Of a DNA stretch of 64,000 bases, positions 1-13,759 are shown one piece after another; the stretch's first letter is position 1, and every line of letters starts with the position of its first letter. The stretch is from contig CAJIZT010000005.1 in NCBI GenBank assembly GCA_905182015.1, forward strand, positions 4,312-68,311. Reading direction: 5' to 3'. Source of the DNA: an alpha proteobacterium MED-G09 (lineage in GTDB: Bacteria; Pseudomonadota; Alphaproteobacteria; MED-G09). The notes under the pieces were generated by a model. It did not search any database. It was not told the DNA's origin and worked only from the letters and a program-made list of their open reading frames with translations. Both the position numbers and the translations under genes were made by a program.

Positions 1-292
1 AGAAAAATGGGGAGTTTCTGCCGCTGCACCTGTCGCCGCCGCCGCTGCACCTGCCGCCGCCGCCGCCGCCGAAGAAGAAAAAGACTCATTTACAGTTGTA
101 CTGACTGCTGCTGGCGAGAAAAAGATTAATGTTATTAAGGAAGTAAGAACTATAACTGGACTAGGCTTAAAAGAAGCAAAGGATCTAGTTGAGGGTGCGC
201 CAAAAGATGTTAAAGAAAACGCATCAAAAAGCGAAGCTGCCGAGATTAAAGTAAAGCTCGAGGCTGCTGGTGCAACTGTTGAACTTAAATAA
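1..292 (+). CDS. rplL: 50S ribosomal protein L7/L12, 5'-truncated by window edge
   Basis: Frame 2 reads [17 protein letters not shown]...[45 protein letters not shown]...GATVELK, TAA at 290-292; directly upstream of rpoB. Confidence 0.97.
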   Translation, partial: EKWGVSAAAPVAAAAAPAAAAAAEEEKDSFTVVLTAAGEKKINVIKEVRTITGLGLKEAKDLVEGAPKDVKENASKSEAAEIKVKLEAAGATVELK

Positions 293-344
293 TTGATTTG
301 TAAAACTTTAATTACTTTATAAAATAACTTAAGGCTAAATAAAC

Positions 345-3300
345 ATGTCTCAAACATTTCAAAATCGAAAAAGATTAAGAAAAACATTTCAACGAAATGA
401 AAAAATTGCTGAAATGCCTAACCTTATTCAGGTTCAGAAAATTTCTTATGAACTATTTTTACAAAGATTTATAAAAGGTGAAGATAGGCTTGATAAAGGT
501 TTGGAGAATGTTTTTAAATCAGTTTTTCCGATTAGCGATTTTAGCGAAACATCAACTATAGAATATATCGCTTATGCATTTGACGAACCAAAATTTGATA
601 CAGAGGAATGCATTCAAAGAGGACTAACCTATGCTGCGCCGCTAAAAGTCACTTTAAGGTTGATAGTTTTTGACGTTGATGAAGAGACGTTAGCAAAATC
701 AGTTAAGGATGTTAAGGAGCAGGACGTTTATATGAGCGATTTACCATTAATGACGGAAAATGGTACGTTTATAATCAATGGAACGGAAAGAGTTGTTGTT
801 TCTCAGATGCACAGAAGTCCAGGCGTCTTTTTCGATCATGACAAAGGCAAGACTCATTCTTCAGGAAAGATATTATTTTCTGCAAGGATTATTCCGTACA
901 GAGGCTCCTGGATGGATTTCGAATTTGATCCAAAAGATATAGTAAATGCTAGAATTGATAGAAAGAAAAAAATTCCAGCAACAACTATACTCTACAGTCT
1001 TGGTTATGATTCTGAGGAAATCCTTTCAATGTTTTATAAGGATGAGGAGATTGAAAGGCATAAAGACGGATGGAAGAAAGATTTCACTCCAGGCAATATA
1101 TCTGGAGGAAAATCATTATTTCCCTTGGTTTCCAATGGAAAGGTTGTTGTTGAAGCAGGTAAGAAGTTTACGCCGAGGCTGCTTAATCAATTAGCTGAAA
1201 AAAATATAAAGGAACTAGAGGTAACCAATGAGGAGCTTCTAGGAAAATTTATCGCTAAAGATATTGTTAATATGGAAACGGGAGAAATTTTCTCTGAAGC
1301 TGGTCAGGAAATCACTGAAGAGCTTCTTGCTGAATTAGAATTGGCAAAAATTAGCTCCATATCTATTCTTGTAATTGATAATATTAATGCGAGTCCATTC
1401 TTGAGAAATACTCTTGCTATTGATAAGTCGATTGATAAAGAAACTGCACTATTTGAAATATATAAAATATTAAGACCAGGTGAACCTCCAACCGTTGAAA
1501 GCGCTACTGCATTATTCGATAGTTTATTTTTTGATGCTGATCGTTATGACCTTTCTGATGTCGGAAGAGTTAAGCTCAATATGCGGTTAAACTTGAATAC
1601 ATCCGATACGGTTCGAGTCCTTACAAAGGAAGATATTTGTTCAGTTTTGAAGACCTTAGTAAACCTTCGCGATGGTAAGGGTGATATTGATGATATTGAT
1701 AATTTAGGGAATAGGCGCGTTCGATCTGTTGGTGAATTAATGGAGAATCAATTCCGTATTGGTCTCCTAAGAATGGAAAGGGCAATAAGAGAGAGAATGA
1801 GTTCTGTCGATATTGACGCCGTTATGCCGCAAGACATTATTAACGCTAAGCCTATTGCTGCAACAATTAGAGAATTTTTTGGTTCATCTCAGCTATCTCA
1901 GTTCATGGATCAAACAAATCCACTTTCAGAGATTACCCACAAAAGAAGAGTATCCGCCTTAGGGCCGGGTGGTCTTACTAGGGAAAGAGCTGGTTTTGAG
2001 GTAAGAGATGTTCATCATACTCATTATGGCAGAATTTGTCCTATTGAAACTCCGGAGGGGCCAAATATTGGATTGATTAACTCACTGGCTACTTACTCTA
2101 GAATTAATAAGTACGGCTTTATAGAAAGCCCGTACCTAAAAGTTGTTGATGGTAAAAAAACTAATGAAATATCCTATCTTTCTGCTGTTGAAGAAAGTAG
2201 ATATAGAATTGCCCAAGCTGATGAACCTTCTGATAGTAAAGGAAACCTTCTTTCCGAACTACTAAACTGTAGGCACGATGGAGACTTTGACCTTGTTGCC
2301 CCAGAATCTGTTGATTTTGTTGATGTTAGTCCTCAGCAGACAGTGTCAGTGGCTGCAGCACTAATACCCTTTCTTGAAAATGATGATGCTAATCGAGCGT
2401 TGATGGGTTCAAATATGATGAGACAAGCTGTACCCCTTGTTACAAATGAAGCTCCGTTCGTTGGTACAGGAATGGAGGCTACCGTTGCTAAGGATTCAGG
2501 ATCATCTGTTGTTGCAAGGAGAGACGGAGTCGTTGATCAGGTGGATGCTCAAAGAATTGTTATAACATCAAGTGGAGATCTCGAAGCTGGTGATCTTGGT
2601 GTCGATATTCATAATTTAAAGAAATTTCAAAGATCCAATCAATCAACATGTATGAATCAGAGACCTTTAGTTCGGGTAGGCGATATTGTATTTAAAGGTG
2701 ATATTATTGCTGATGGGCCATCAACTGACCTTGGTGAGTTAGCTCTTGGAAAGAATGTCCTGGTGGCGTTTATGCCTTGGAATGGTTATAATTTTGAGGA
2801 TTCAATATTAATATCAGAAAAAATTGTTAAAGATGATGTTTTTACCTCTATTCACGTTGAGGAATTTGAAATTATGGCAAGAGATACAAAACTTGGTTCT
2901 GAGGAAATTACTCGGGACATACCTAATGTTGGCGAAGAAGCATTAAGAAACCTAGATGAGTCAGGTATTGTTTATATCGGAGCGGAAGTAAGGCCTGGTG
3001 ACATTCTTGTAGGAAAGGTCACCCCCAAGGGTGAAAGTCCGATAACCCCTGAAGAGAAACTTCTAAGAGCTATTTTTGGTGAAAAAGCTTCTGATGTGAG
3101 AGATTCTTCTTTAAAACTCCCTCCCGGAACAAATGGATCTGTTGTCGATGTTAGAGTTTTTAATAGGCATGGGATTGAGAAAGATGAACGTGCCTTAGCT
3201 GTTGAAAGAGAGGAGGTTGAAAGACTTTCTATTGATAGAGACGATGAGCTTTCTATCTTAGATAGAAATATTTACTCTAGGTTGAAGGTATCAATACTAA

Positions 3301-4421
3301 ATAAAATAGCTTCCTCAGGCCCTTCTGTTAGTTCTAATAAAACTAAGATTGATGAAGACTTGCTAAATATTATTCCAAAAAATGAATGGTGGGATTTTGT
3401 AATGCAAAATAACTCTATTCAAAAAGATATGGAAAATCTTCGTGATCAATACGATGAAAATAAAAATCAAATTGAAAAAAGATTTGCTGATAAAGTTGAG
3501 AAAGTAAGCCGTGGCGATGAGCTTTTGCCTGGTGTTATGAAAAGTATAAAAGTTTATGTTGCCATAAAAAGAAAGTTACAGCCAGGAGATAAAATGGCTG
3601 GTAGGCATGGAAACAAGGGTGTTATTTCTAGAATTGTCCCTGTTGAGGATATGCCTTACTCCAGTGACGGAAGACATGTAGATATTGTCTTAAACCCATT
3701 AGGTGTTCCTAGCAGAATGAATGTTGGTCAAATATTGGAAACACATTTAGGTGCTGCGTGCGCAGGCCTTGGGAGGCAAATAAACAGTGCGCTTAAGGAG
3801 TATGAAAATAGCGGTGATATTTCTAATATTCGCTCGACCTTGGAAGATATCTATAAGCCTTCAGAAATAGAAAAGTATGAGGATGGTGACCTTATTGAAC
3901 TTAGTCATACTTTGACAAAGGGCGTGCCAATAGCTACACCAGTTTTTGATGGTGCGAGAGAAAATGATATTAACGACCTTCTCAAGAAGGCAAACTTAGA
4001 CACCAGCGGTCAAATCACTCTTTACGATGGAAGAACAGGCAAAAAGTTTGATAGACCCGTTACTGTTGGATATATATATATGCTTAAGCTGCATCATTTA
4101 GTTGACGATAAGATTCATGGTCGTTCGGTGGGGCCATACAGTCTTGTGACGCAACAACCTCTGGGCGGTAAAGCTCAGTTTGGTGGCCAAAGATTTGGTG
4201 AAATGGAAGTGTGGGCCTTAGAAGCATATGGCGCAGCATATACTCTTCAAGAAATGCTCACTGTTAAATCGGATGATGTTGCAGGAAGAACAAAGGTTTA
4301 TGAGTCTATAGTTAGAGGTGAAGAGAACTTTGAATCAGGAGTGCCTGAAAGCTTTAATGTTTTAGTTAAGGAGATGAGATCTTTAGGACTAAATGTTGAA
4401 TTACAAGATTCAGTTGATTAA
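345..4421 (+). CDS. rpoB: DNA-directed RNA polymerase subunit beta
   Basis: 1358 aa; [50 protein letters not shown] motifs. Confidence 0.99.
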   Translation: MSQTFQNRKRLRKTFQRNEKIAEMPNLIQVQKISYELFLQRFIKGEDRLDKGLENVFKSVFPISDFSETSTIEYIAYAFDEPKFDTEECIQRGLTYAAPLKVTLRLIVFDVDEETLAKSVKDVKEQDVYMSDLPLMTENGTFIINGTERVVVSQMHRSPGVFFDHDKGKTHSSGKILFSARIIPYRGSWMDFEFDPKDIVNARIDRKKKIPATTILYSLGYDSEEILSMFYKDEEIERHKDGWKKDFTPGNISGGKSLFPLVSNGKVVVEAGKKFTPRLLNQLAEKNIKELEVTNEELLGKFIAKDIVNMETGEIFSEAGQEITEELLAELELAKISSISILVIDNINASPFLRNTLAIDKSIDKETALFEIYKILRPGEPPTVESATALFDSLFFDADRYDLSDVGRVKLNMRLNLNTSDTVRVLTKEDICSVLKTLVNLRDGKGDIDDIDNLGNRRVRSVGELMENQFRIGLLRMERAIRERMSSVDIDAVMPQDIINAKPIAATIREFFGSSQLSQFMDQTNPLSEITHKRRVSALGPGGLTRERAGFEVRDVHHTHYGRICPIETPEGPNIGLINSLATYSRINKYGFIESPYLKVVDGKKTNEISYLSAVEESRYRIAQADEPSDSKGNLLSELLNCRHDGDFDLVAPESVDFVDVSPQQTVSVAAALIPFLENDDANRALMGSNMMRQAVPLVTNEAPFVGTGMEATVAKDSGSSVVARRDGVVDQVDAQRIVITSSGDLEAGDLGVDIHNLKKFQRSNQSTCMNQRPLVRVGDIVFKGDIIADGPSTDLGELALGKNVLVAFMPWNGYNFEDSILISEKIVKDDVFTSIHVEEFEIMARDTKLGSEEITRDIPNVGEEALRNLDESGIVYIGAEVRPGDILVGKVTPKGESPITPEEKLLRAIFGEKASDVRDSSLKLPPGTNGSVVDVRVFNRHGIEKDERALAVEREEVERLSIDRDDELSILDRNIYSRLKVSILNKIASSGPSVSSNKTKIDEDLLNIIPKNEWWDFVMQNNSIQKDMENLRDQYDENKNQIEKRFADKVEKVSRGDELLPGVMKSIKVYVAIKRKLQPGDKMAGRHGNKGVISRIVPVEDMPYSSDGRHVDIVLNPLGVPSRMNVGQILETHLGAACAGLGRQINSALKEYENSGDISNIRSTLEDIYKPSEIEKYEDGDLIELSHTLTKGVPIATPVFDGARENDINDLLKKANLDTSGQITLYDGRTGKKFDRPVTVGYIYMLKLHHLVDDKIHGRSVGPYSLVTQQPLGGKAQFGGQRFGEMEVWALEAYGAAYTLQEMLTVKSDDVAGRTKVYESIVRGEENFESGVPESFNVLVKEMRSLGLNVELQDSVD

Positions 4422-4470
4422 TTAGCTGTGAATATTAGCAGTTTTTAGTTATTAAAAATATGAGGATATA

Positions 4471-7400
4471 ATGAATAAAGAAGTTTTAAATCTATTTAAT
4501 CAACCTAAATCAAGCCAATCTTTTGACCATATTCGTATTGGAATAGCTAGCCCAGAGAAGATACTTTCTTGGTCTTTTGGTGAAATAAAAAAACCAGAAA
4601 CCATAAATTACAGAACCTTTAAGCCCGAACGAGATGGTCTTTTTTGCGCAAGAATCTTTGGCCCAGTTAAGGATTACGAATGTCTCTGTGGTAAATACAA
4701 GAGAATGAAGTTTAAGGGTATTGTTTGCGAAAAATGTGGTGTTGAGGTAACTCTTTCAAAAGTAAGAAGGGAAAGAATGGGTCATATTGAGCTTGCATCT
4801 CCCGTAGCTCATATTTGGTTTTTAAAGTCTTTACCAAGTAGAATAGGCCTATTGCTAGATATGATGCTTAAAGATTTAGAAAAGGTTTTGTATTTTGAAA
4901 GTTATCTAGTTTTGGATCCTGGACTCACCCCCTTGGAGAATCTCCAGCTCTTAACTGAAGAAGAGTATTTAGATGCTCAAGATGAATACGGCGCTGATAA
5001 CTTTAAAGCTGAGATAGGAGCCGAAGCTATTCGATTCTTGTTGGAGAATATAGATTTAGACAAAATAAGTGATGATATACGACAGGAAATAAAGGAAACT
5101 AAAAGTGAGTTAAAGCCAATTAAATTGGCTAAACGACTTAAGCTAGTTGAAGCTTTTAAAGAATCTGGGAATAAACCAGAGTGGATGATAATGAAGGTTA
5201 TTCCAGTTATTCCACCTGAGTTAAGACCTCTCGTCCCTCTTGATGGAGGAAGGTTTGCTACCTCAGACCTTAACGACCTTTATAGAAGGGTTATTAATAG
5301 AAACAACAGGCTTAGAAGGTTACTAGATCTTCGCGCACCTGATATTATTCTTAGAAATGAGAGAAGAATGCTTCAAGAATCCGTCGATGCACTTTTTGAT
5401 AACGGAAGAAGAGGTAGGGTGATTACCGGCACTAATAAAAGACCACTAAAGTCCCTATCTGACATGTTAAAGGGTAAGCAAGGTAGATTTAGGCAAAATT
5501 TACTTGGTAAACGAGTTGATTATTCTGGTCGTTCTGTGATTGTTGTGGGACCTGAGCTCATGCTTCATCAATGTGGGTTACCTAAAAAATTAGCTTTAGA
5601 ATTATTTAAGCCTTTTATATACTCAAAGCTTGAATCTTTAGGATTTTCTTCGACTGTCAAACAGTCGCGTAGAATGGTTGAAAAACAAACTCCAGAGGTT
5701 TGGGATATACTTGAAGAGGTCATCAGGGAGCATCCTGTATTACTAAATAGGGCTCCAACCCTTCATAGACTTGGTATACAGGCTTTTGAACCAGTGTTGA
5801 TAGAGGGTAAAGCCATTCAATTGCATCCGTTAGTTTGTGCTGCTTTTAATGCTGACTTTGATGGAGATCAAATGGCGGTTCATGTTCCTCTGTCTTTAGA
5901 GGCGCAGCTTGAAGCTAGAGTTTTAATGATGTCTACTAACAATATCTTGCATCCAGCTAGTGGCGAACCAATTATTGTACCAAGTCAAGATATAGTTCTT
6001 GGCTTATATTATATGTCTCAGATGAAACAAGGCGAACCTGGCGAAGGAAAATCTTTTGATAGCATTTATGAGCTAAATTTTGCTCTTGAAGAGGGTTCGA
6101 TTACATTGCACTCAAAGATCAATTTTAGAATTTCTGAGAATGGAGATGAAAGAAAAATTATTGAAACTACTCCGGGAAGAGTTATAATTTCAAAGGAATT
6201 ACCTGAAAATGATAGTATTAAGTTTGAGATAATTAACAAACTTCTTACTAAAAAAGAAATATCAAGAATTATCGATGATGTTTATAGGCATTGCGGTCAA
6301 AAGGATACGGTTATTTTTTGTGATCATATAATGAAGCTTGGTTTTGAGAACGCCTTTAAGGCGGGTATCTCTTTTGGCAAAGACGATATGATTATTCCAG
6401 AAGAAAAAGAAAGTATGATTGAGGAAACTCATTCTTTAGCAACTGAGTTTGAGCAACAGTATATTGATGGATTTATTACAAGAGGCGAGAAATATAATAA
6501 AGTTGTTGATGCATGGGCTAAATGCACCGATAGAGTAGAAACTAAAATGATGGAAAAGATTTCAACTACATCGATAAACAAAGAAAGTAATCGAGAGAAC
6601 GATGTTAATTCGATTTATATGATGGCTCATTCTGGAGCTAGAGGATCTGCTGCGCAAATGAAACAATTAGCAGGTATGCGTGGGTTAATGGCGAAGCCTT
6701 CTGGTGAAATTATTGAAACGCCAATTATATCTAACTTTAAAGAAGGACTTAATGTTCTTGAATACTTTAATTCCACCCATGGAGCACGTAAAGGCTTGGC
6801 TGATACTGCATTAAAAACAGCAAATTCTGGTTATTTGACGCGAAGGTTAGTTGATGTGGCTCAGGATTGTATTATTACAGAGGTTGATTGTAAGACTGAC
6901 AAAGGAATTACTATGACAGCGGTGATCGATTCCGGTGAGGAGATAGTTTCTCTTTTTCAGAGATTATTAGGAAGAGTTCCATGCGAGGACATAATTGATC
7001 CGGGGACAAGTGAGGTTATAGCAAAAAAAGGTGATATTATTGCTGAGCATCAAATTCCTCTTTTGGAAAAAGCTAATTTAGTCTCAGTTCAACTGAGGTC
7101 AGTTCTAACATGCGAAACGAAACGTGGCGCTTGTGCAACTTGCTACGGTCGTGACCTGGCTAGAGGAACACCTGTTAATATTGGCGAGGCTGTTGGTGTT
7201 ATTGCTGCACAATCAATTGGAGAGCCTGGAACACAGTTAACCATGAGAACCTTCCATATTGGTGGAACGGCTCAAGTTGTTGATAATTCTTATGTTGAAT
7301 CTAATAGTGACGGCTCTGTTAAAATAGAAAATCTTAATACCTTAAAAGATTCTGACGGACGTACTATTGTTATTGGAAGAACAACAACAATCAATGTCAT

Positions 7401-8631
7401 TGATGAGAATGGTACTGAAAGAGCAAGTCATAAACTTCCCTACGGATCTCAATTATTGTTAAATGATGGCGATTCCGTTAAGAAGAATCAAAGATTGGCT
7501 CAGTGGGACCCTTATACGATTCCAATTATTACTGAAGCTGCTGGCGTTGTGGCATTTGAAGACTTAATTGATGGAATTAGTATCGGTGAGGTTTCCGATG
7601 AGTCTACAGGAATTAGTCAAAAAGTTGTAATTGATTGGAAAAACTCTGCTAAAAATGCTGATTTTAAACCTTCTATGGTCATTAAGGGAGAGGATGGCGA
7701 AGTCGTTACTTTTGAAGGCAATAGAGAGGCGAGATACCTAATGTCTGTTCATGCTATTATTTCATCAAGCGATGGAACAAAAGTAGGTGCTGGCGATGTA
7801 ATAGCTAGAATACCAACTGAAGGCGCAAAAACAAAAGACATTACAGGTGGACTTCCAAGAGTTGCGGAGCTCTTTGAGGCAAGAAAACCAAAAGATCATG
7901 CGATAATTGCTGAAGTAACCGGTAGGGTTGAATTTTCTAGGGATTATAAAAATAAAAAGAAAATTATTATACATCCTTCAGATGAATCTGAGGAAGAGGC
8001 TAGCTACCTTATCGCAAAAGGTAAGCATATTTCGGTCCAAGACGGTGATACAATTGAAAAAGGCGAATACCTAATTGATGGTAATCCTGCGCCTCATGAT
8101 ATTTTATCTATTTTAGGCTTAGAAGCTCTTGCTAGTTATCTAGTTAACGAAATTCAGAGTGTTTATCGTCTTCAAGGCGTTACAATTAATGACAAGCACA
8201 TTGAGGTTATTACAAGGCAAATGCTTCAAAAAATCGAAATCACGAATCCCGGTGACAGTGCATTTATCGCTGGAGAACAACTCGACAAGTTAGAGGCTGA
8301 AGAAATAAATGAAAAATTAATTGCTAAAAAACAAAAACCAATGGAAATTAAACCAATTCTTCTTGGTATTACGAAAGCGTCTCTTCAGACTAGATCGTTT
8401 ATTTCAGCTGCATCCTTCCAAGAAACCACTAGGGTTCTAACAGATGCCGCAGTTTACAGAAAATCCGATCATCTTGTTGGTTTAAAAGAGAATGTTATAG
8501 TTGGAAGACTTATTCCTGCTGGAACTGGAGCCGCTATCCGTCGACTAGAAAATGATGCTGCAGTAAGAGATGAAGCTTTAATGAAAGAAAAAATAAAAGA
8601 TGCCAAACTAGAAGAGGTGCAAACAGTATAG
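4471..8631 (+). CDS. rpoC: DNA-directed RNA polymerase subunit beta'
   Basis: 1386 aa; catalytic [10 protein letters not shown]-terminal Zn finger CLCGKY..CEKC. Confidence 0.99.
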   Translation: MNKEVLNLFNQPKSSQSFDHIRIGIASPEKILSWSFGEIKKPETINYRTFKPERDGLFCARIFGPVKDYECLCGKYKRMKFKGIVCEKCGVEVTLSKVRRERMGHIELASPVAHIWFLKSLPSRIGLLLDMMLKDLEKVLYFESYLVLDPGLTPLENLQLLTEEEYLDAQDEYGADNFKAEIGAEAIRFLLENIDLDKISDDIRQEIKETKSELKPIKLAKRLKLVEAFKESGNKPEWMIMKVIPVIPPELRPLVPLDGGRFATSDLNDLYRRVINRNNRLRRLLDLRAPDIILRNERRMLQESVDALFDNGRRGRVITGTNKRPLKSLSDMLKGKQGRFRQNLLGKRVDYSGRSVIVVGPELMLHQCGLPKKLALELFKPFIYSKLESLGFSSTVKQSRRMVEKQTPEVWDILEEVIREHPVLLNRAPTLHRLGIQAFEPVLIEGKAIQLHPLVCAAFNADFDGDQMAVHVPLSLEAQLEARVLMMSTNNILHPASGEPIIVPSQDIVLGLYYMSQMKQGEPGEGKSFDSIYELNFALEEGSITLHSKINFRISENGDERKIIETTPGRVIISKELPENDSIKFEIINKLLTKKEISRIIDDVYRHCGQKDTVIFCDHIMKLGFENAFKAGISFGKDDMIIPEEKESMIEETHSLATEFEQQYIDGFITRGEKYNKVVDAWAKCTDRVETKMMEKISTTSINKESNRENDVNSIYMMAHSGARGSAAQMKQLAGMRGLMAKPSGEIIETPIISNFKEGLNVLEYFNSTHGARKGLADTALKTANSGYLTRRLVDVAQDCIITEVDCKTDKGITMTAVIDSGEEIVSLFQRLLGRVPCEDIIDPGTSEVIAKKGDIIAEHQIPLLEKANLVSVQLRSVLTCETKRGACATCYGRDLARGTPVNIGEAVGVIAAQSIGEPGTQLTMRTFHIGGTAQVVDNSYVESNSDGSVKIENLNTLKDSDGRTIVIGRTTTINVIDENGTERASHKLPYGSQLLLNDGDSVKKNQRLAQWDPYTIPIITEAAGVVAFEDLIDGISIGEVSDESTGISQKVVIDWKNSAKNADFKPSMVIKGEDGEVVTFEGNREARYLMSVHAIISSSDGTKVGAGDVIARIPTEGAKTKDITGGLPRVAELFEARKPKDHAIIAEVTGRVEFSRDYKNKKKIIIHPSDESEEEASYLIAKGKHISVQDGDTIEKGEYLIDGNPAPHDILSILGLEALASYLVNEIQSVYRLQGVTINDKHIEVITRQMLQKIEITNPGDSAFIAGEQLDKLEAEEINEKLIAKKQKPMEIKPILLGITKASLQTRSFISAASFQETTRVLTDAAVYRKSDHLVGLKENVIVGRLIPAGTGAAIRRLENDAAVRDEALMKEKIKDAKLEEVQTV

Positions 8632-8658
8632 AATATTATAAAAAAATACTGTTTTTTC

Positions 8659-8687
8659 TTGACTGATAACGAATACAAAGTTACTAA
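8659..8687 (+). promoter_or_regulatory. Putative sigma70 promoter of the str operon
   Basis: TTGACT (8659-8664), 17 nt, TACTAA (8682-8687), ~115 nt upstream of rpsL. Confidence 0.55.
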
Positions 8688-8802
8688 GACAACGCTTATG
8701 ACAGGTCGTAGGATTTTCCTAAACGCTGCCGCGCCATTCGCAAAATTTTTAAATTAATTGCTCATTCTTTTGGGTGAGTGATTTTATATTGGGAAAAAAA
8801 TT

Positions 8803-9177
8803 ATGCCTACTATTAATCAATTGGTTCAAAGAGGCGGAAGAGCTCATATAGCCAAAAGAAATAAAGTTCCTGCCATGGAAGCATGTCCTCAAAAAAGGGG
8901 TGTATGTACGCGTGTTTACACAACAACTCCAAAAAAACCAAACTCTGCCTTACGTAAAGTGGCAAGAGTAAGGCTAACAAATGGTTTTGAGGTAACTAGC
9001 TATATCCCAGGTGAAGGTCATAACCTTCAAGAGCATTCTGTTGTTTTAATAAGAGGCGGAAGGGTGAAAGACTTACCCGGGGTAAGATATCATGTTCTAA
9101 GGGGCGTTCTAGATACCCAGGGTGTAGCTGATCGTAAGCAAAGAAGATCTAAGTATGGTACAAAAAGACCTAAGTAA
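8803..9177 (+). CDS. rpsL: 30S ribosomal protein S12
   Basis: [30 protein letters not shown]. Confidence 0.99.
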   Translation: MPTINQLVQRGGRAHIAKRNKVPAMEACPQKRGVCTRVYTTTPKKPNSALRKVARVRLTNGFEVTSYIPGEGHNLQEHSVVLIRGGRVKDLPGVRYHVLRGVLDTQGVADRKQRRSKYGTKRPK

Positions 9178-9195
9178 TTTAAATAGAGGAATAAA

Positions 9196-9666
9196 ATGTC
9201 CAGAAGACATAAAGCAGAAAAAAGAGAAATTTTCCCTGATCCTAAATTCAGAGATGAAGTTGTTTCAAAGTTTATGAACAATCTCATGGTTCATGGTAAA
9301 AAGTCTATCGCAGAAAGAATTGTTTATGGAGCTTTTGATCAAATCGAAGGTAAGCTAAAAACTGATCCAATTAAAGTTTTTCACGATGCAATTGATAACG
9401 TAATGCCTTCTGTAGAGGTTAGATCTAGGCGCGTTGGTGGAGCTACTTATCAGGTTCCAGTGGAAGTTAGATCTGAAAGAAGAAAAGCTTTGGCGATTAG
9501 ATGGATAATTGCTGCTGCACGCTCAAGAAGTGAAGATACAATGGGAGAAAAATTATCCTCTGAACTAATAGATGCTTCAAACAATAGAGGTAATTCAGTT
9601 AAAAAACGAGAAGACACCCACAAGATGGCTGAGGCCAACAGGGCTTTCTCTCATTATCGTTGGTAG
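9196..9666 (+). CDS. rpsG: 30S ribosomal protein S7
   Basis: [30 protein letters not shown]. Confidence 0.99.
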   Translation: MSRRHKAEKREIFPDPKFRDEVVSKFMNNLMVHGKKSIAERIVYGAFDQIEGKLKTDPIKVFHDAIDNVMPSVEVRSRRVGGATYQVPVEVRSERRKALAIRWIIAAARSRSEDTMGEKLSSELIDASNNRGNSVKKREDTHKMAEANRAFSHYRW

Positions 9667-9684
9667 TTTATTAAAGGTTTATTT

Positions 9685-11760
9685 ATGGCGCGTAAAACAG
9701 CATTATCTGATTATAGAAATATTGGCATTATGGCCCATATTGATGCAGGTAAAACTACGACAACTGAGCGTATTTTATATTACACGGGTAAGAGTTATAA
9801 AATAGGTGAAGTTCATGATGGTGCGGCCACCATGGATTGGATGGAGCAAGAGCAAGAGCGAGGTATAACAATTACTTCTGCTGCTACAACATGCTTCTGG
9901 AATGATAAAAGAATTAATATAATTGATACACCTGGGCACGTTGATTTTACAATTGAAGTGGAAAGATCGTTGAGAGTTCTTGATGGAGCTGTTGCTGTTT
10001 TTGATTCTGTTGCTGGAGTTGAGCCTCAGTCTGAAACTGTTTGGAGACAAGCAAATAAGTATGATGTTCCTAGAATGTGCTTTGTGAATAAAATGGATAG
10101 AATTGGAGCAGACTTTTATCGTTGTGTTGAAATGATAAAAGACAGGCTCGGATCTACACCCTTAGTTCTTCAATTACCAATAGGGTCGGAAAGTAATTAT
10201 GAAGGCCTTGTTGATTTAGTTTTAATGAAAGAAGTTGTTTGGAAGGAAGAAAACTTAGGTGCTGAGTTTGAATACAGAGATATTAGAGATGACTTAAAGC
10301 AAGACGCTGAAAAGTATAGAGCTGAATTATTAGATGCTGCTGTTGAGCAGGATGACGAGGTTATGGAAGCCTATCTAGATGGTAACGAGCCTGATGTTGA
10401 TACTATTAAAAGATGTATCCGTGCGGGTGTTTTAAACCAATCTTTTGTTCCAGTTCTAAATGGTACTGCTTTTAAAAATAAAGGTGTTCAACCTCTTCTT
10501 GACGCAGTTGTTGATTTTATGCCTTCTCCTGTAGATGTTGATGCTATCAAGGGAGTTCATCCAGATACAGATGAAGAAATGACAAGGGATTCATCTGACG
10601 AAGAGCCCCTGTCTCTTTTAGCATTTAAGGTTATGAATGATCCATTTGTGGGTAATTTAACATTTGCGCGTATTTATTCTGGTGTTTTAGAGACAGGACA
10701 GACTCTTATTAATACCGTTAAAAATAGAAAAGAAAGAATTGGAAGAATGCTAGAAATGCATTCTAATTCTCGAGAAGATATTAAAGAAGCGCGTGCAGGT
10801 GATATTGTTGCGCTTGTTGGCCTTAAGGATACAACAACTGGCGATACGCTATGTGGTAATGAAGACCAAATTGTTCTTGAAAGAATGGAATTTCCTGAGC
10901 CTGTTATCGAAGTAGCAGTTGAACCAAAAACAAAAGCCGACCAAGAAAAAATGGGCTTAGCATTGGCTCGTTTAGCTAAAGAAGACCCGTCGTTCAGGGT
11001 ATCCTCAGACAACGAGTCTGGACAAACAGTTATTAGTGGGATGGGTGAGTTACATCTTGATATTTTAGTCGACAGAATGAAAAGAGAATTTAAGGTCGAG
11101 GCCAATGTTGGAGCGCCTCAGGTGGCTTATCGTGAGACTTTCTCTAGAGAGGCTGAAATTGATTACACGCATAAGAAGCAAAGCGGCGGAGCAGGTCAGT
11201 TTGCTAGATTAAAGATTGTTATCACGCCAAATAAGCCGGGTGAAGGGTACGAGTTTAAAAGTGAGATTGTTGGCGGGAATATTCCAAAAGAATATATACC
11301 CGGTGTTGAAAAAGGCATTGCTAGTGTTAAAGACGCTGGCGCACTCGCTGGATTTCCAATTATTGATTTTAGTGTAAGGCTTATTGATGGCGCATATCAT
11401 GACGTGGACTCTAGTGTTATGGCTTTTGAAATTGCTGCAAGAGCAGCATTCAGAGAGGTTTGTAGAGATGCTGGAATTAAACTTCTTGAGCCAATAATGA
11501 AAGTTGAAGTTGTAACACCAGAAGATCATCTCGGAGATATTATAGGTGACTTGAATAGCAGAAGAGGTCAGATATCTGGAACAGAAACACGTGGTCCATC
11601 AACTGTTATTGACTCTATGGTCCCTCTTGCAAATATGTTTGGTTATGTAAATACATTGCGATCAATGTCTCAAGGTAGAGCTGTTTTTACCATGTTGTTT
11701 GATCATTATCAGGAAGTTCCAAAAGCTGTTTCCGATGAAGTCATTGCTAAGTTAGCGTAA
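9685..11760 (+). CDS. fusA: Elongation factor G
   Basis: [21 protein letters not shown] GTPase motifs; 691 aa. Confidence 0.99.
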   Translation: MARKTALSDYRNIGIMAHIDAGKTTTTERILYYTGKSYKIGEVHDGAATMDWMEQEQERGITITSAATTCFWNDKRINIIDTPGHVDFTIEVERSLRVLDGAVAVFDSVAGVEPQSETVWRQANKYDVPRMCFVNKMDRIGADFYRCVEMIKDRLGSTPLVLQLPIGSESNYEGLVDLVLMKEVVWKEENLGAEFEYRDIRDDLKQDAEKYRAELLDAAVEQDDEVMEAYLDGNEPDVDTIKRCIRAGVLNQSFVPVLNGTAFKNKGVQPLLDAVVDFMPSPVDVDAIKGVHPDTDEEMTRDSSDEEPLSLLAFKVMNDPFVGNLTFARIYSGVLETGQTLINTVKNRKERIGRMLEMHSNSREDIKEARAGDIVALVGLKDTTTGDTLCGNEDQIVLERMEFPEPVIEVAVEPKTKADQEKMGLALARLAKEDPSFRVSSDNESGQTVISGMGELHLDILVDRMKREFKVEANVGAPQVAYRETFSREAEIDYTHKKQSGGAGQFARLKIVITPNKPGEGYEFKSEIVGGNIPKEYIPGVEKGIASVKDAGALAGFPIIDFSVRLIDGAYHDVDSSVMAFEIAARAAFREVCRDAGIKLLEPIMKVEVVTPEDHLGDIIGDLNSRRGQISGTETRGPSTVIDSMVPLANMFGYVNTLRSMSQGRAVFTMLFDHYQEVPKAVSDEVIAKLA

Positions 11761-11783
11761 ATTTTTATTAAAAAGGTAGAGAA

Positions 11784-12092
11784 ATGAAAGAACAAAATAT
11801 AAGAATTAGGCTAAAAGCATACGATCATAGAACGCTTGATACGTCTGCGAAAGAAATTCTTGATACGGCTAAAAGAACTGGAGCGGATGTACGCGGTCCA
11901 ATTCCTCTTCCAACTCGCATAGAAAAATTTACCGTTCTTAAAGGGCCTCATATCGATAAGAAAAGTAGAGAGCAATTTGAAATAAGAACTCATAAAAGAT
12001 TAATGGATATAATCGATCCTACACCTCAAACTGTTGACGCCCTTATGAAGTTAGATTTGGCGGCTGGTGTAGATGTTGAGATTAAATTATAG
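11784..12092 (+). CDS. rpsJ: 30S ribosomal protein S10
   Basis: [30 protein letters not shown]. Confidence 0.99.
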   Translation: MKEQNIRIRLKAYDHRTLDTSAKEILDTAKRTGADVRGPIPLPTRIEKFTVLKGPHIDKKSREQFEIRTHKRLMDIIDPTPQTVDALMKLDLAAGVDVEIKL

Positions 12093-12109
12093 GACTTGAG
12101 GTTGATAAG

Positions 12110-12856
12110 ATGAGAACTGGATTAATTTGTAAAAAACTTGGTATGAGTCGTTTATTTGATGATAGCGGCATACATATACCTGTAACTGTTCTTCACTTGG
12201 ATAATTGCCATGTTGTTTCAACAAAAACTGAAGGTAGAGATGGTTACTCATCTGTTCAGCTCGGTGTCGTCGATGCGAAAGATAAGCATGTATCAAAGCC
12301 AATGAAGGGCCACTTTAAGAAAAATAATATTCAACCAAAAGTTAAATTATCTGAGTTCCGTGTTAGTGAGGAAAACTTACTCGAGAATGGATCAGAGCTT
12401 TCTGCCTCTCACTTTGTTGACGGTCAGTACATTGATGCGTCGGGAATTTCAATTGGTAAGGGTTTTGCAGGAGCAATGAAACGTCATAACTTTGGTGGTT
12501 TAAGGGCATCGCATGGGGTATCGATTAGTCATAGAAGCCATGGATCTACTGGACAATGTCAAGATCCAGGCAAGGTGTTTAAAGGTAAAAAAATGGCAGG
12601 TCATATGGGCGCTGCGAATGTAACTGTTCAAAATCTAGAAGTTGTTAAAACTCAATCCGACGACGGATATATTTTTGTAAAAGGTGCTGTCCCTGGCCCT
12701 AAGGGTGGTTGGGTTTTGCTAAAAGACTCAGTAAAAAAATCTTTACCAGATAACGCTCCTTTTCCTGCTGGACTAAAAAATAATGATTCTGCTAACGATC
12801 AAAACCCTGAAACTCCTGAGGTTTTAAATAATGATGGAGATTCAAATGAAAGTTAA
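12110..12856 (+). CDS. rplC: 50S ribosomal protein L3
   Basis: [36 protein letters not shown]. Confidence 0.99.
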   Translation: MRTGLICKKLGMSRLFDDSGIHIPVTVLHLDNCHVVSTKTEGRDGYSSVQLGVVDAKDKHVSKPMKGHFKKNNIQPKVKLSEFRVSEENLLENGSELSASHFVDGQYIDASGISIGKGFAGAMKRHNFGGLRASHGVSISHRSHGSTGQCQDPGKVFKGKKMAGHMGAANVTVQNLEVVKTQSDDGYIFVKGAVPGPKGGWVLLKDSVKKSLPDNAPFPAGLKNNDSANDQNPETPEVLNNDGDSNES

Positions 12857-13466
12857 TCTAGTAAGCTTAAGTTCGGATAAAAAGTCCTCTCATGAGTTAA
12901 ATGACGCTATATATGGGCTTGATCCTAGGCGTGACATTCTTCATAGAGTTGTAACATGGCAGCTAGCTAAAAGAAGGTCTGGCACGCATAAGGTTAAAGA
13001 AAGAGGAGAGGTTAAAGGTAGTACTAAAAAAATTATGGCTCAGAAAGGATCAGGCGGCGCAAGACATAGTACAAGAAAACCCAATCTTTTTAGAGGAGGT
13101 GGTGTTGCTTTTGGCCCTAAACCAAGAGATTATTCTTATAAGCTTCCTAAGAAAATTAGAACTCTTGGATTAAAGCATGCTCTTTCTGCTAAGGTTAAGA
13201 ATAATGAGTTAATTATTTTAGAAGAAGCAAAGCTTGATTCCCCAAAAACTAAGGAGCTTATTTCTAAAGTTAAAAAATTAAATCTTGAGAATGCTTTGTT
13301 TATAGACTCAAGGGATTTTGATAAAAACTTTGAATTAGCAATTAGCAATGCTAGTGGTCTAGAGCTTATTAATATTGAAGGAATAAATGTTTACGACATA
13401 CTTCGTAAAGAAAAACTAGTTCTTACAAAAAGATCTGTTGAAATGTTAAACGAGAGGCTCCAATGA
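12846..13466 (+). CDS. rplD: 50S ribosomal protein L4
   Basis: [24 protein letters not shown]; start placed at ATG 12846 behind a GGAG SD (ORF track uses 12831). Confidence 0.97.
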   Translation: MKVNLVSLSSDKKSSHELNDAIYGLDPRRDILHRVVTWQLAKRRSGTHKVKERGEVKGSTKKIMAQKGSGGARHSTRKPNLFRGGGVAFGPKPRDYSYKLPKKIRTLGLKHALSAKVKNNELIILEEAKLDSPKTKELISKVKKLNLENALFIDSRDFDKNFELAISNASGLELINIEGINVYDILRKEKLVLTKRSVEMLNERLQ

Positions 13467-13756
13467 GCGAAAAAAGTTATTTTGATATACTAGTCAGCCC
13501 TGTAATTACTGAGAAATCTTCAATGCTCTCCGAGAGCAATAAGGTCGTATTTAAGGTTGGAATGAAGTCCTCCAAGAAAGAGATTAAAAAAAGTGTAGAA
13601 GAGCTTTTTAAAGTTAAAGTTAAGTCTGTTAATACGCTTAGGCGAAAAGGTAAGACTACTAACTTTAAGAATATTAAAGGTAAAAGAAAAGATTTTAAGC
13701 ATGCTATTATTACCCTTGAAGAAGGTCAGTCAATAGATGTTATGGGTGGGGTATAG
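13463..13756 (+). CDS. rplW: 50S ribosomal protein L23
   Basis: PVITEKS, F.VKVKSVNT; S10 operon position. Confidence 0.97.
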   Translation: MSEKSYFDILVSPVITEKSSMLSESNKVVFKVGMKSSKKEIKKSVEELFKVKVKSVNTLRRKGKTTNFKNIKGKRKDFKHAIITLEEGQSIDVMGGV

Positions 13757-13759
13757 AAA

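Noticed and set aside
19..70. GC-rich (GCC)n run at the window start
   Set aside because: Encodes the normal poly-Ala hinge of L7/L12
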